From IMG/VR virus record IMGVR_UViG_3300030331_006276: a DNA stretch of 64,000 nucleotides. One strand, written 5' to 3'. The notes under the pieces are model-generated. The model did not search any database and was not told where the DNA came from. It saw only the letters and a program-made list of their open reading frames with translations. A program made the translations under genes and the position numbers. Shown here one piece after another: positions 1-8,982 of this stretch (the first letter of the stretch is position 1; every line of letters begins with the position of its first letter). This stretch comes from a virus.

Positions 1-317
1 TCAGGCTTTCTACCAGCTCTACGCTTTCTAACAGCCTCAGCTGCTGCTTTCTTTTCTTCTTCACAAAGCTTACCGTCTTTATTCTTATCAAATCTTTTAA
101 GAAGCATTTTCTTTCTTGTTTCAGCTGCTACTTTTCGTTCTTCTTCGCAAAGCTTACCGTCTTTATTCTTATCAAATTTTTTGAGCCACTCTTTGCTAAA
201 GGGTGCAGAAATACCAGGTTCACCTCTACTTTTTCTTTTTTCTTCTTTTTCTGGTGTTCCACTAGCCGTAGCGAGTCCTGCTGTAATTGCAATTAGAGCA
301 ATAAATTTACTTTTCAT
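1..317 (-). CDS. Secreted EF-hand repeat protein (partial, runs off window edge)
   Basis: Hand translation MKSKFIALIAITAGLATASG... gives a signal-peptide-like N-terminus, then two FDKNKDGKLCEEE EF-hand-like loops 28 aa apart. No stop before base 1. Not in the ORF track. Confidence 0.75.
   Translation of the reverse strand, partial: MKSKFIALIAITAGLATASGTPEKEEKRKSRGEPGISAPFSKEWLKKFDKNKDGKLCEEERKVAAETRKKMLLKRFDKNKDGKLCEEEKKAAAEAVRKRRAGRKP
64..177. repeat. 30-bp direct repeat, period 84 bp, encoding the EF-hand loops
   Basis: caaagcttaccgtctttattcttatcaaat occurs at 64-93 and 148-177. Confidence 0.9.
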
Positions 318-349
318 ATAATACATTATAACTACTATTTATAAATAAT

Positions 350-877
350 CTACTTAAAAACTGGATCTAATAAGAGATCAACAAATCTCTTAATAGTCCG
401 ATATATTTTTGACTTAGTAGTAAACCCCCATCTTTTAGGAGCAGTAACTCTAATAAAAGATCTAAAATCTGTACCCATTTCTGATTGACGAGCATGCCAG
501 TCACAAACCATCTCAGCAATCTGTTCATCATTCATTGCTGTAATACCGTCCACATGATATTCAGGGTGGTGATCATTTGTTTGTTGATGTTGATGTATAG
601 CTAGCTTTAGCGCACTTTCATCTTCATCTCTATGCAGTGTATCCCACTCTATGCCTTGAAATTTAGATAAATCATGTCTACTGCATCGCTGAAGAAGGCG
701 TCTAGCTAACTCTAAATCGTTTTTAGTTTCAGCATTATCTATAAGACGTGTAGATAATTTTACTGCAGCTGCTCTTACTGCTTGAGTATGCTCCCAAACA
801 GAAAGTAATTTTCTTCTATATTCTTCTCTAACTTCCAACGGAAGGATAGATGGACCATCATTTTCATCTTTGTCCAT
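350..877 (-). CDS. DUF5662-like (HD-related) protein
   Basis: HQHQQTNDHHPEYH and EMVCDW motifs. Confidence 0.65.
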   Translation of the reverse strand: MDKDENDGPSILPLEVREEYRRKLLSVWEHTQAVRAAAVKLSTRLIDNAETKNDLELARRLLQRCSRHDLSKFQGIEWDTLHRDEDESALKLAIHQHQQTNDHHPEYHVDGITAMNDEQIAEMVCDWHARQSEMGTDFRSFIRVTAPKRWGFTTKSKIYRTIKRFVDLLLDPVFK

Positions 878-885
878 AACATAAC

Positions 886-1230
886 TTACCCATATTTAAC
901 TATGTCTCTTATGTCAGCGAGAGCTGCTGCAGCAGAAGCATCTGTTTCTGCTTCATCTATTAGCATCCGTATATACTTCATTGCTAATTTTGCAGTAGAA
1001 TGCTCTTCAGCATCTTCTTCAACTTTAACAGGCTCCTCTTTATGTGGAGCACGAGGTCCTCGATAAAATTTTTCTCTCTGCGCTTCTTTATGCAAAAGAC
1101 GCTTCCACCTTGGCATATCGTAATCATGATCTTGATTATGTGCTTCTGTTAAAGGTTTTTCTTTACTAGCAGGATTATACATTTCAGTATAAATGTTTGC
1201 AAGGTTATTAACATACTGTGGATCAGTCAT
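886..1230 (-). CDS. Hypothetical protein
   Basis: 114-aa ORF with a TAAATA-type element just upstream. Confidence 0.7.
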   Translation of the reverse strand: MTDPQYVNNLANIYTEMYNPASKEKPLTEAHNQDHDYDMPRWKRLLHKEAQREKFYRGPRAPHKEEPVKVEEDAEEHSTAKLAMKYIRMLIDEAETDASAAAALADIRDIVKYG

Positions 1231-1265
1231 ACTATTATTTATTCATAATAGAATATTTTAGTAAT

Positions 1266-1604
1266 CTAACCCCATGGAGCAGTTGGTTTTATTTCAATCT
1301 CTTTTTCTACTATATTACCATCATCGTCTATTTCAGGTACCCCATCTTTTACCAACTCTACAGCTATTCGTATTCCAAAAATTGACATTAATGTAATAAA
1401 AGATATTACACATAGCAAAATAAATGCTGCAAAGCTTAAGGGTACAATAACGATACAAGGTATAAAAAATAAAATTGAAAAAATAGATCTAGTAATTAAT
1501 TTTTCTTTATCTGAAGCAAGCATTGCTCCGAGTGTAGCAGCTAAAAGCAACGATGTAATAACCCAACAAACAACTCCAACAATAATACAAGTTTCAATTA
1601 ACAT
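1266..1604 (-). CDS. Hypothetical membrane protein
   Basis: Two to three long hydrophobic segments. Confidence 0.7.
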   Translation of the reverse strand: MLIETCIIVGVVCWVITSLLLAATLGAMLASDKEKLITRSIFSILFFIPCIVIVPLSFAAFILLCVISFITLMSIFGIRIAVELVKDGVPEIDDDGNIVEKEIEIKPTAPWG

Positions 1605-1635
1605 ACTCTTAATTATAGTATAGACATAAGAAAAA

Positions 1636-2160
1636 TCAACATTGGTAAATTTGATTATGACGTCTATAGCATTGTTTTAATACTGTTTGCGCTACAGATT
1701 TTCCATGCCATTCACCAACTTCAACAAAACTATTATTTAAATCTTTATAATGCTTAAAAAAATAAGAAGCTATTTTTATAAACATAGGATCAATATCTTT
1801 CAATGATCTGTAGTTCCTTACATGAGAAGTAGGAGCGCCTAGTATTTTCCAATCCCTACCCCCACTATCAGTCATATCTAAAGCACCTATAATGTTACAT
1901 TCAACTAAAGTTCCTCTATTAATAGGAGTTTCATTGTATATTAATATATCTAGAGGATCAGCATCTTCTGCTAAAGTAGAAGGAATAAAACCATAGGAAC
2001 ATGGATATACCATAGAACTCGGTAAACATCGATCTAATTGGAACGTATCTATTTTTGGATTATATTCGTATTTAGCAGATGTTCCTTTAGGTATTTCTAC
2101 TATAGCATTAACAATTTGAGGCGATTGTTTATGGGGTTCTATAAGTTCTAAGTTCCTCAC
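1636..2160 (-). CDS. ppa: Soluble inorganic pyrophosphatase (family I)
   Basis: VEIPKG..KYEY, YPCSYGFIPSTLAEDADPLD, DSGGRDWKI and FFKHYKDL motifs. GTG start. Confidence 0.95.
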   Translation of the reverse strand: MRNLELIEPHKQSPQIVNAIVEIPKGTSAKYEYNPKIDTFQLDRCLPSSMVYPCSYGFIPSTLAEDADPLDILIYNETPINRGTLVECNIIGALDMTDSGGRDWKILGAPTSHVRNYRSLKDIDPMFIKIASYFFKHYKDLNNSFVEVGEWHGKSVAQTVLKQCYRRHNQIYQC

Positions 2161-2193
2161 CTACATATTTACTCATGTAAGTAAACATGTCAA

Positions 2194-2547
2194 TCATAGC
2201 TTTTCTCCTTTACCTACAGGAGGCAATACAATATCTTCAGGGTTTTTACCTGACATAGTTTTAACTTGAAAAGTATTACTTGGTGCTGAAGAAGTAGATA
2301 AATGAACATCATCTTGGGCTATAATAACACCTGGCTGTTGTTGTGGTGGTGCAACCGGTGCATGATGTCCGTTGCCAAATTTTACTTTAGCAGCAGTATG
2401 AGCTCCTACATTACCACCAACATATATACCAAATACCCACTTCATCATATCTGCCCATCCTGTAAAGTCAGTATGGTTAGTAAAAACAAAAGCAGTAGAA
2501 GCTATAAACAAAGCTAAACCTGCTATAAATTTACGTGACTTAATCAT
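2194..2547 (-). CDS. Hypothetical membrane protein
   Basis: Two N-terminal hydrophobic helices (SRKFI... and W..MMKWVFGIYVGGN). Confidence 0.6.
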   Translation of the reverse strand: MIKSRKFIAGLALFIASTAFVFTNHTDFTGWADMMKWVFGIYVGGNVGAHTAAKVKFGNGHHAPVAPPQQQPGVIIAQDDVHLSTSSAPSNTFQVKTMSGKNPEDIVLPPVGKGEKL

Positions 2548-2816
2548 TAGAGTGGTGTATCTTCGTCAACCTCTTTAAAACCTTCTGCCTCGTCAGTTAT
2601 ACCTATATCTTCTTTACCTTCAGCATCTTCCGGCAAAGCAGCAGAAATACCTATAAGCTTATCTAAATTTGGACATCCCTCTTCATCTTCGATATCAGGA
2701 TCTAACTCTGCCATAGGACCGGGCAATTCACCTTCAGCATCGTAGGTATCGGCATCTGGATTTCTGCGCTCATTAATGAGAGCTCCCCAAATAAGCTTAT
2801 CGTCGTCTTTAATCAT
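2547..2816 (-). CDS. Acidic hypothetical protein
   Basis: ORF overlaps both neighbours by 1 nt. Confidence 0.65.
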   Translation of the reverse strand: MIKDDDKLIWGALINERRNPDADTYDAEGELPGPMAELDPDIEDEEGCPNLDKLIGISAALPEDAEGKEDIGITDEAEGFKEVDEDTPL

Positions 2817-3256
2817 TAGTCAGTTGCGTGACCTTTTCCTGAGCCAGTGAAACCATGAGCTGCGCCCATCTTGTTCATCTTCTGCTCATATGACTCGTCC
2901 TCATGATGGCCTTCTGCATCTTCATGATCTTTAGCTAACTTCCTTTCAGCAGCGCCATAAGCATCTCTTGCAAGAGCATCTCTTTCATGATCAGTAAGAG
3001 ATCCTTCTTTTTTAAGCCGCTCTTTAGCAGCATCGATTAAACGATCACCAGCAGTGCCCATTCCTTCGACTTTCTTAAGAAGATCAGCATCTGACAGCTT
3101 ACCTGTCTTATCATGTTCAGCGTCTTCTTCTGCCATATGGTCGGCAGCTTGTTGAGCTAATCCTCCCATACTCATGTGTGCTCCACCCATCATAGCGCCA
3201 TATGCTTCGCTAAGTAGGTCTATATCTTTTTTGAAACTTCTGTGTTGTTTGCCCAT
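2816..3256 (-). CDS. Hypothetical late protein with N-terminal LLSEAY motif
   Basis: TAAATA lies 5 nt before the ATG. DIDLLSEAY motif resembles those of other late ORFs here. Confidence 0.7.
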   Translation of the reverse strand: MGKQHRSFKKDIDLLSEAYGAMMGGAHMSMGGLAQQAADHMAEEDAEHDKTGKLSDADLLKKVEGMGTAGDRLIDAAKERLKKEGSLTDHERDALARDAYGAAERKLAKDHEDAEGHHEDESYEQKMNKMGAAHGFTGSGKGHATD

Positions 3257-3285
3257 AGTAATATTATTTATACTAACTGATTAAA

Positions 3286-4035
3286 TTATACAACTTTTTT
3301 TACAACTGCAAGTGCATAGTCACGATTAAGCTTAGCTATATTAACAGCAGGTATATCTTTCGGGCATACAGCTTCACATTCATAATGGTTACTACAACCA
3401 CCAAACCCTTCTTCATCCATAGCTTTTACCATTCTTATAGCTCTTCTATCTTTCTCAGGCTTACCTTGAGGTAGACTATTAAGATGAGTAACCTTAGCAC
3501 TTACAAACAACATAGCACTAGAGTTCTTACAAGCAGCTACGCAAGCACCGCAACCAATACAAGCAGCAGATTCAAATGCATGATCAGCATCTTCTTTAAC
3601 AATAGGTATACTATTAGCATCAGGAGCAGAGCCAGTACGTACGGAAACGTAACCTCCAGCTTGAATAATACGATCTAAAGCAGATCTATCTACAGCTAAG
3701 TCTTTTAATATAGGAAATGCTTTAGCTCTGAAAGGCTCAATCCATATAGTACTACCATCTTCGAAATGACGCATATGAAGCTGACAGGTAGTAGTAGCAT
3801 GCTCTCTACTATGAGGTACTCCGTTAATAGTTAACGAACACATACCACATATACCTTCTCTACAATCATGATCGAAATGGATAGGCATATCGCCCGAAGT
3901 AATAAGATCCTCGTTAACTATATCAAGCATCTCTAAGAAAGAACACTCAGCAGGTATATTCTTAGCATCGTAATCTTCTATACGACCTTTATCATCTGCG
4001 CTATCCTGGCGCCATACCTTAAGCTTCAGATCCAT
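3286..4035 (-). CDS. sdhB: Succinate dehydrogenase/fumarate reductase iron-sulfur subunit
   Basis: [13 protein letters not shown] (2Fe-2S), [11 protein letters not shown] and [14 protein letters not shown] cluster motifs. Full length at 249 aa. Confidence 0.95.
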   Translation of the reverse strand: MDLKLKVWRQDSADDKGRIEDYDAKNIPAECSFLEMLDIVNEDLITSGDMPIHFDHDCREGICGMCSLTINGVPHSREHATTTCQLHMRHFEDGSTIWIEPFRAKAFPILKDLAVDRSALDRIIQAGGYVSVRTGSAPDANSIPIVKEDADHAFESAACIGCGACVAACKNSSAMLFVSAKVTHLNSLPQGKPEKDRRAIRMVKAMDEEGFGGCSNHYECEAVCPKDIPAVNIAKLNRDYALAVVKKVV

Positions 4036-4118
4036 AGCTAAACATATTTAATCATAAAGGATCGAAGATCACTCGGCAAAAAATTTCTCCTTTGGTCTCT
4101 TTGGTCTTAAATATTTAT

Positions 4119-4349
4119 ATGGCAGAAAAAGAAAACAAATATACAGATAATGTACCTGGCCCATATTACGTAGATGAAATGTGTATTGATTGTGATGCTT
4201 GCCGTCAAACTGCACCAGATAACTTCACGCGAAATGATGATGAAGGATATTCATACGTATATAAGCAGCCAGTGAATGCTGATGAAGAAGAGCTATGCTT
4301 AGAAGCTTTAGAAGGATGTCCTGTAGATGCTATAGGAAATGACGGTTAA
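4119..4349 (+). CDS. Ferredoxin (single-cluster 3Fe-4S/4Fe-4S type)
   Basis: YYVDEMCIDCDACRQTAP...CLEALEGCPVDAIG. Start moved to ATG 4119, which lies 5 nt after TAAATA (4108-4113). Confidence 0.92.
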   Translation: MAEKENKYTDNVPGPYYVDEMCIDCDACRQTAPDNFTRNDDEGYSYVYKQPVNADEEELCLEALEGCPVDAIGNDG

Positions 4350-5320
4350 ACGTCAATAACTGTTTCAGATTGTCCTCCTAACTTAGCATAGGCGGCAACT
4401 AAGTCGTCGTATCTATCTGAACTACTATCTAAAAGATACTCTACTGTTAATGGAGTATTATGATAATCTTTTACAGCCTTATCGTACTCTTTCTCAATCA
4501 TGCGCATACCTCTTTGATATGGATGATTACTCATAAAGTCTTCTAGCTTATCTATCTCATCGTTAAGCTTGTTCATCTCATCCTCTTTACCTTCTCTACG
4601 CGCCTTGTTACGATCCATACTTAATTTTGTCTTATTATATCTAGCTTCTCTATATGAGTCGTAATCATTCTCCCTTTTAAACTCTTCTGTCTCATATTCC
4701 CTTTCTTTAGGTCTCTTCTTACCTATATCTCTATTAACAAATTGCACTAGCTTATTAGCAAAGTCCATAGCGTCTCTATCACTGCCTTCTCTCTGACCAC
4801 CAATACCGTGCTTATTGCTCATGTATAAAGACATGTAAGAGTTATCATCTAAGATCTGTTTAATTGTCTTACCTTCTAAAGATCTAAGAAAATCCTCAAG
4901 GGTACCCCCTTTCGGTATTAGAGCTGTAGTTCTATCTTCTTCCATCTCACCATGCGTCTTATTAGATGGTGCACTAGGAGGTCGGGTACGTCTATATCTA
5001 CCCCCAGAGCCATCTCTAGCTGCATCTACATTACTAGGTGCACCGCCTCTAGACATATCAAATGATTTACCTTTAGGTGCCTTCGATGTACCTTTCTCCC
5101 AATTCTCTTTTAAAAGCTTATCTTTAAGACCAAAGTCTTTTACAGCTTTCTGTATCATAAAGCAATTACAATGTGGACAATCATCACCGCATTTACACTC
5201 CATTACTGGAGAGCCGCAGCAATCTTTAGAACACATCAATACTCCGTTTACAGCCTTCTCTATAAGGAGCTTAGTATCGTAAGCTTCGGCTAAAAATCTA
5301 AATTCGTTTTTTGCACGCAT
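4346..5320 (-). CDS. Hypothetical late protein with Cys cluster
   Basis: N-terminal FRFLAEAY motif and CSKDCCGSPVMECKCGDDCPHCNC. Confidence 0.7.
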   Translation of the reverse strand: MRAKNEFRFLAEAYDTKLLIEKAVNGVLMCSKDCCGSPVMECKCGDDCPHCNCFMIQKAVKDFGLKDKLLKENWEKGTSKAPKGKSFDMSRGGAPSNVDAARDGSGGRYRRTRPPSAPSNKTHGEMEEDRTTALIPKGGTLEDFLRSLEGKTIKQILDDNSYMSLYMSNKHGIGGQREGSDRDAMDFANKLVQFVNRDIGKKRPKEREYETEEFKRENDYDSYREARYNKTKLSMDRNKARREGKEDEMNKLNDEIDKLEDFMSNHPYQRGMRMIEKEYDKAVKDYHNTPLTVEYLLDSSSDRYDDLVAAYAKLGGQSETVIDV

Positions 5321-5327
5321 TATTTAT

Positions 5328-5661
5328 ATTTATGCTAATTGTTATTTTATTTGCCACTGGTTATATAATCCATATCTTCTGGGTCAAATATATCAGTAAG
5401 TGCCCCAACTAATTCTTTAAGTGCATCAGCTACTTCATTGACGTTAATATCTTCTGGGTGTCCATCGATGCGAAGCTCGTCTTTAAACATCTCTAACGCT
5501 TCATGAACCTTTTTAATACCCTTGGCATGATCTGAATCATATTCAGCATCTTCATCTTTATAGATGTTATCATAAGCTTCTGCCATTAAATGAGCTTCTC
5601 GGGCATTCTTATTATAAATTTTATCTGCCATAATATTATTTATGCTAATTGTTATTTTATT
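5328..5661 (-). repeat. 24-bp duplicated stop/late-promoter junction
   Basis: atttatgctaattgttattttatt occurs at 5328-5351 and 5638-5661. Its reverse complement contains the upstream stop codon and CATAAAT(A). Confidence 0.85.
5347..5631 (-). CDS. Hypothetical late protein
   Basis: Start MADKIYNK follows TAAATA. Contains AHLMAEAY motif. Confidence 0.7.
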   Translation of the reverse strand: MADKIYNKNAREAHLMAEAYDNIYKDEDAEYDSDHAKGIKKVHEALEMFKDELRIDGHPEDINVNEVADALKELVGALTDIFDPEDMDYITSGK

Positions 5662-6019
5662 CCCAAGGTACAGCACATAAACCAATAGTTGGAGTTTGTC
5701 TGGTATCTTCTATACTACCAGTTAAGTAAGACATTAGAGACCAATAACGATTGGTAGCAAATAGGAACTGCTTACAATCATCTTCTGTTAAACCAGATAA
5801 AGGAACGAATCCCGCGGGAGAGGGAGGTGGTATCTCTATTGTAATATTATTAAGTGAATCACCAAAGGTTCCGTTCCAATTAGCACTAAGAGTACAATTG
5901 ATACCTAATACAACGTTATCTAATTCCCCACTAGTTCTCCATTCCCCCATATCTTTATTATAGAAATACTTAAACTGAACTTCTAGATCATATATATGAA
6001 CTGATGTATTATACGCCAT
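5657..6019 (-). CDS. Small phage protein ending in -VPW (DUF7936-like)
   Basis: Pattern WR.SG...FVPLSGLTEDD...AVPWE recalls a common phage tail-associated family (from memory). Start lies 5 nt after TAAATA. Confidence 0.5.
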   Translation of the reverse strand: MAYNTSVHIYDLEVQFKYFYNKDMGEWRTSGELDNVVLGINCTLSANWNGTFGDSLNNITIEIPPPSPAGFVPLSGLTEDDCKQFLFATNRYWSLMSYLTGSIEDTRQTPTIGLCAVPWE

Positions 6020-6192
6020 ATACATATTTATTACTACCCCCTATATAGGAACTTTCGCGGGAGCGCTAAAAAATTTTTTTGAGACATGTCAAACCCAAGG
6101 TTAAGGAACACCCTCTCTATATAACCAATCTGGAGCGCTGACTGTCTCTAGCAGGGGGTCTCTCTGAGAGGGGGGCACTCGAGAGGCAAGGC

Positions 6193-6226
6193 CCCTCTCG
6201 CTCAGTTGCCCGAAACGAGAGGGGTG
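6193..6226 (-). terminator. GC-rich hairpin downstream of the RadA-like gene
   Basis: cccctctcg...cgagagggg inverted repeat. No clear U-tract. Confidence 0.45.
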
Positions 6227-6252
6227 TTTGTTATGCCGATGAGAAAGTTATA

Positions 6253-7158
6253 TTAGATCTTCTTCCATACTGCGTTAGAACCTCTGCCGTACTTCTTAAG
6301 CTTCTTATCATCTACTAGAGCCTTAAGCGCTACGTAGGTCTGACCTTTAGTTAAGTTGAAGGTAGACATTACCCGCTGCTCAGTAATATTAGGCGGGTCC
6401 ATCTTAAGGATATTCTTTTTAAGTTCAGCCTTCCTATCCTTCTTAGACTTAATCTTCTTACCAGTCGTTACCTTATCGCCGATATGGAAGCCTTTATGAC
6501 CCATAATAGCCTGAACGTCGATACACTGACCGAACCTATTCTTCGATACTGAGATAATACGAGTAGTATCATCGTCGTTCTCGAGGTCATGAGTAATCAT
6601 CATATTAACATCCACACTATGCGGTACGAGGGTCGATCCCTTCAGCTGGCCGTTCTTAGTAAGATGCATAATAAAGATCAACACACACTCGGTCTCCTTA
6701 GCTTTATTACAAAGAGTACTGATAGCGTACTGCTCGAGCTGCCTACTATTCATCTTAGTCTTAGTAGTCAGGGCCTGGAACGAATCGACGACCATCACAT
6801 CGTTATCCTCCATAGCCTTAGCGATCGTATCGATATCGGTAACGTTAGCGATCTTAACGTTCTTAACAGCAAGGCGCCTACAAGTAAAGGCGAGCTGGAA
6901 GCAGTTCTCCTCCCCGGAAGCATATCCAGTAGAGTAGCCAGCCTGCGACAAATGCTCAAGAAGCTGCAGGGCAAAGGTAGTCTTACCGCACCCAGCCTGA
7001 GCCGTCAGCGTAATAGAGGCCCCCGGGAGTAACCCTTCGCCAAAAAGCTTATCGAAGTCCTGTACTCCGGACTTCATCCGATTAAAAAAGATCTCAGGGA
7101 TCTCGATCTTACCTACTGCGGTAAAATCAGTCTGGTCAATACCTAGTTTCATCTGCAT
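6253..7158 (-). CDS. RadA/Sms-like RecA-family ATPase (no Zn finger or Lon-like domain)
   Basis: Walker A AQAGCGKTT, Walker B VMVVDS, HLTKNGQLKG..LVPHSVD and the RadA-type KNRFG motif. Confidence 0.85.
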   Translation of the reverse strand: MQMKLGIDQTDFTAVGKIEIPEIFFNRMKSGVQDFDKLFGEGLLPGASITLTAQAGCGKTTFALQLLEHLSQAGYSTGYASGEENCFQLAFTCRRLAVKNVKIANVTDIDTIAKAMEDNDVMVVDSFQALTTKTKMNSRQLEQYAISTLCNKAKETECVLIFIMHLTKNGQLKGSTLVPHSVDVNMMITHDLENDDDTTRIISVSKNRFGQCIDVQAIMGHKGFHIGDKVTTGKKIKSKKDRKAELKKNILKMDPPNITEQRVMSTFNLTKGQTYVALKALVDDKKLKKYGRGSNAVWKKI

Positions 7159-7179
7159 AACAATATTATAGTATAGTTC

Positions 7180-7359
7180 CTAAAGCCAATCCTGGCACCT
7201 TGCCTCTTCGTGATCCTTCAGCGCCTTCTTCAGCCGCTCGTTAATAACCCTATCATCGGGATTATTATTAGTATAACCAACAAGCCACATAAGCTCGTCT
7301 CTAAGTAGGGTAGCGGCTGAGCGCTCCTCCGTAAGTTTTTCAAAGTCTGTTTTCGGCAT
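7180..7359 (-). CDS. Small early hypothetical protein (59 aa)
   Basis: MPKTDFEKL... begins 6 nt after the motif. Its TAG stop overlaps the next motif copy. Missed by the ORF track. Confidence 0.75.
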   Translation of the reverse strand: MPKTDFEKLTEERSAATLLRDELMWLVGYTNNNPDDRVINERLKKALKDHEEARCQDWL

Positions 7360-7380
7360 ACTCTTATTATAGTATAGTTC

Positions 7381-7539
7381 CTATTGAGTCAGTTTATCTT
7401 CCAAAACATTCAACATTATCTCACAATCTTCATTGATCGCTTCTGCCTCGGTCCTGGTCACTCCTTCGATCGTATCGATGAAATCAACGATCAGCTCGGC
7501 AGCCTTAATGACTTCTTTGTTAGTAATCTTCTCTCTCAT
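7381..7539 (-). CDS. Small early hypothetical protein (52 aa)
   Basis: MREKITNKEV... begins 7 nt after the motif. Its stop overlaps the next motif copy. Confidence 0.75.
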   Translation of the reverse strand: MREKITNKEVIKAAELIVDFIDTIEGVTRTEAEAINEDCEIMLNVLEDKLTQ

Positions 7540-7563
7540 CCCTTTTATTATATCAGAGTTCCT

Positions 7564-7719
7564 TTACCACTTCAACCTATCCTCTAAATTACACAACTGA
7601 TTTTCTAACCTCTCACTCCACAATCCATCCTCTTCAGTATCATCATCCAAAAATCTCATAATCAGACGACAAGCATCAATAACCTCTTCTTCTCTATCAA
7701 TCATACTTTTCTCTCTCAT
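7564..7719 (-). CDS. Small early hypothetical protein (51 aa)
   Basis: MREKSMIDREEE... begins 7 nt after the motif. Confidence 0.7.
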   Translation of the reverse strand: MREKSMIDREEEVIDACRLIMRFLDDDTEEDGLWSERLENQLCNLEDRLKW

Positions 7720-7741
7720 CTCCTCTATTATATCAGAGTTC

Positions 7742-8077
7742 CTAAAGCAGGCCCTTCTTCAGATATTGATCAGCAGTGCCTATGGCGTTCTTGAGATAGG
7801 TGAGGTCGACCAGGATATCGTCCAGCATCTCCCTAGCATGCATACAGTCGCGACCCGCTTCGATGTTGCCGCCTACTAGGTCCATGATGTGCTCGATGAG
7901 TTTATCGTGTTCGGGGTACTGCCGATCCTCTGGGGGCAGCGGTAGCTTCGCACCGGCGATGCCGTTGCTCGCTCCGAGATACTCCTCCTCCAGCCCAGTC
8001 CGGATAGCGCGTTGAGCTGCTATTTCTTTCCGCATGTTAATTCTGGCAGCATAGTGATCGACGTTATTCTTCGGCAT
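7742..8077 (-). CDS. Early hypothetical protein
   Basis: Likely start MPKNNVDH lies 6 nt after the motif. The ORF-track extension KELAYN is the translated promoter. Confidence 0.75.
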   Translation of the reverse strand: MPKNNVDHYAARINMRKEIAAQRAIRTGLEEEYLGASNGIAGAKLPLPPEDRQYPEHDKLIEHIMDLVGGNIEAGRDCMHAREMLDDILVDLTYLKNAIGTADQYLKKGLL

Positions 8078-8105
8078 ACTCTTATTATAGGCTAGTTCCT
8101 TTTCC

Positions 8106-8198
8106 ACATATCGATCAGATCGACCTATTACCAACACATATCGAAATTCCCCTGTTTTTTCGACCTATGTTGCGGACATGTCGATCAGATCAACCTAT
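8106..8198. repeat. 23-bp imperfect direct repeat with internal dyad, in a non-coding gap
   Basis: acatatcgatcagatcgacctat (8106-8128) and acatgtcgatcagatcaacctat (8176-8198) match at 21 of 23 positions. Confidence 0.8.
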
Positions 8199-8438
8199 AC
8201 GTCTTAACGGTTATTATAACGTCGACGAAATTATTTCCCCGGGAAAAGTTATTTCACATGTATTGTTGTATTTCGGAGACTCTCCTTCTACGGCAGATCT
8301 GGTTTGTGCAAAAGGAACTCTTAACATAACCCTTTGATTTATAATGGTTTTGGGCAGTTTTTAGCCGTTCACGTTGTTGGCTAGACTTGCCCAGGTCTCT
8401 ACTGCAAACTCCCCTTTTTGGGAAGATTCTTCGTTTTT

Positions 8439-8720
8439 CTACGATTTTTTCTTAATTTCTGCTCTCTTTTTCTTAGAGACCTTAGTAAACTTCCTTACTG
8501 TCTTAGCTGATACTTGATCATATGTCTCAAGCTTCTTAGCTAGTTCGTTTACTTGTTTTACTGACGTAGCAGCTTTAAGTGTTTCGATAATTCCTAGTTT
8601 CTTTTTCATATTATTTGATTGTCTCCGCTCTTCTGCTTTAGTTATTTCATGCTGCATACACATATCATTGTAATCGCATGTTACAGGGAACTCACACGTC
8701 TTTTCGATACATTTCATCAT
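8439..8720 (-). CDS. Hypothetical protein
   Basis: N-terminal Cys-rich C.EKTC...C....C and a basic C-terminus. Confidence 0.55.
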   Translation of the reverse strand: MMKCIEKTCEFPVTCDYNDMCMQHEITKAEERRQSNNMKKKLGIIETLKAATSVKQVNELAKKLETYDQVSAKTVRKFTKVSKKKRAEIKKKS

Positions 8721-8982
8721 AGAGCTTATCTGCTATTTCAAGTTGTGCTTCTACCCACTTAATTTCTTCTTTGCTAATCTGCTCATCCTGTGCTTCTAAA
8801 GTAGCTTCATACAAGCTATCTAACCACTCTTTCTCCTTCTCTAATGAAAAATTATCTATTGTACTTTGAACCTTATCTATCTTTTGTTCTTTATTAAGAA
8901 TAATCTGTTTATGAGCTTCTTCTAGAGATATTTTATTATCAATAGCGTAATCTACGACGCGTTTAGGGTAGTGTTTATCCAT
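8692..8982 (-). CDS. Hypothetical protein
   Basis: 96-aa ORF. Confidence 0.6.
   Translation of the reverse strand: MDKHYPKRVVDYAIDNKISLEEAHKQIILNKEQKIDKVQSTIDNFSLEKEKEWLDSLYEATLEAQDEQISKEEIKWVEAQLEIADKLYDEMYRKDV

Noticed and set aside
6589-7032. 147-aa plus-strand ORF
   Set aside because: It is the antisense shadow of the RadA-like gene and has no promoter motif or protein-like features.
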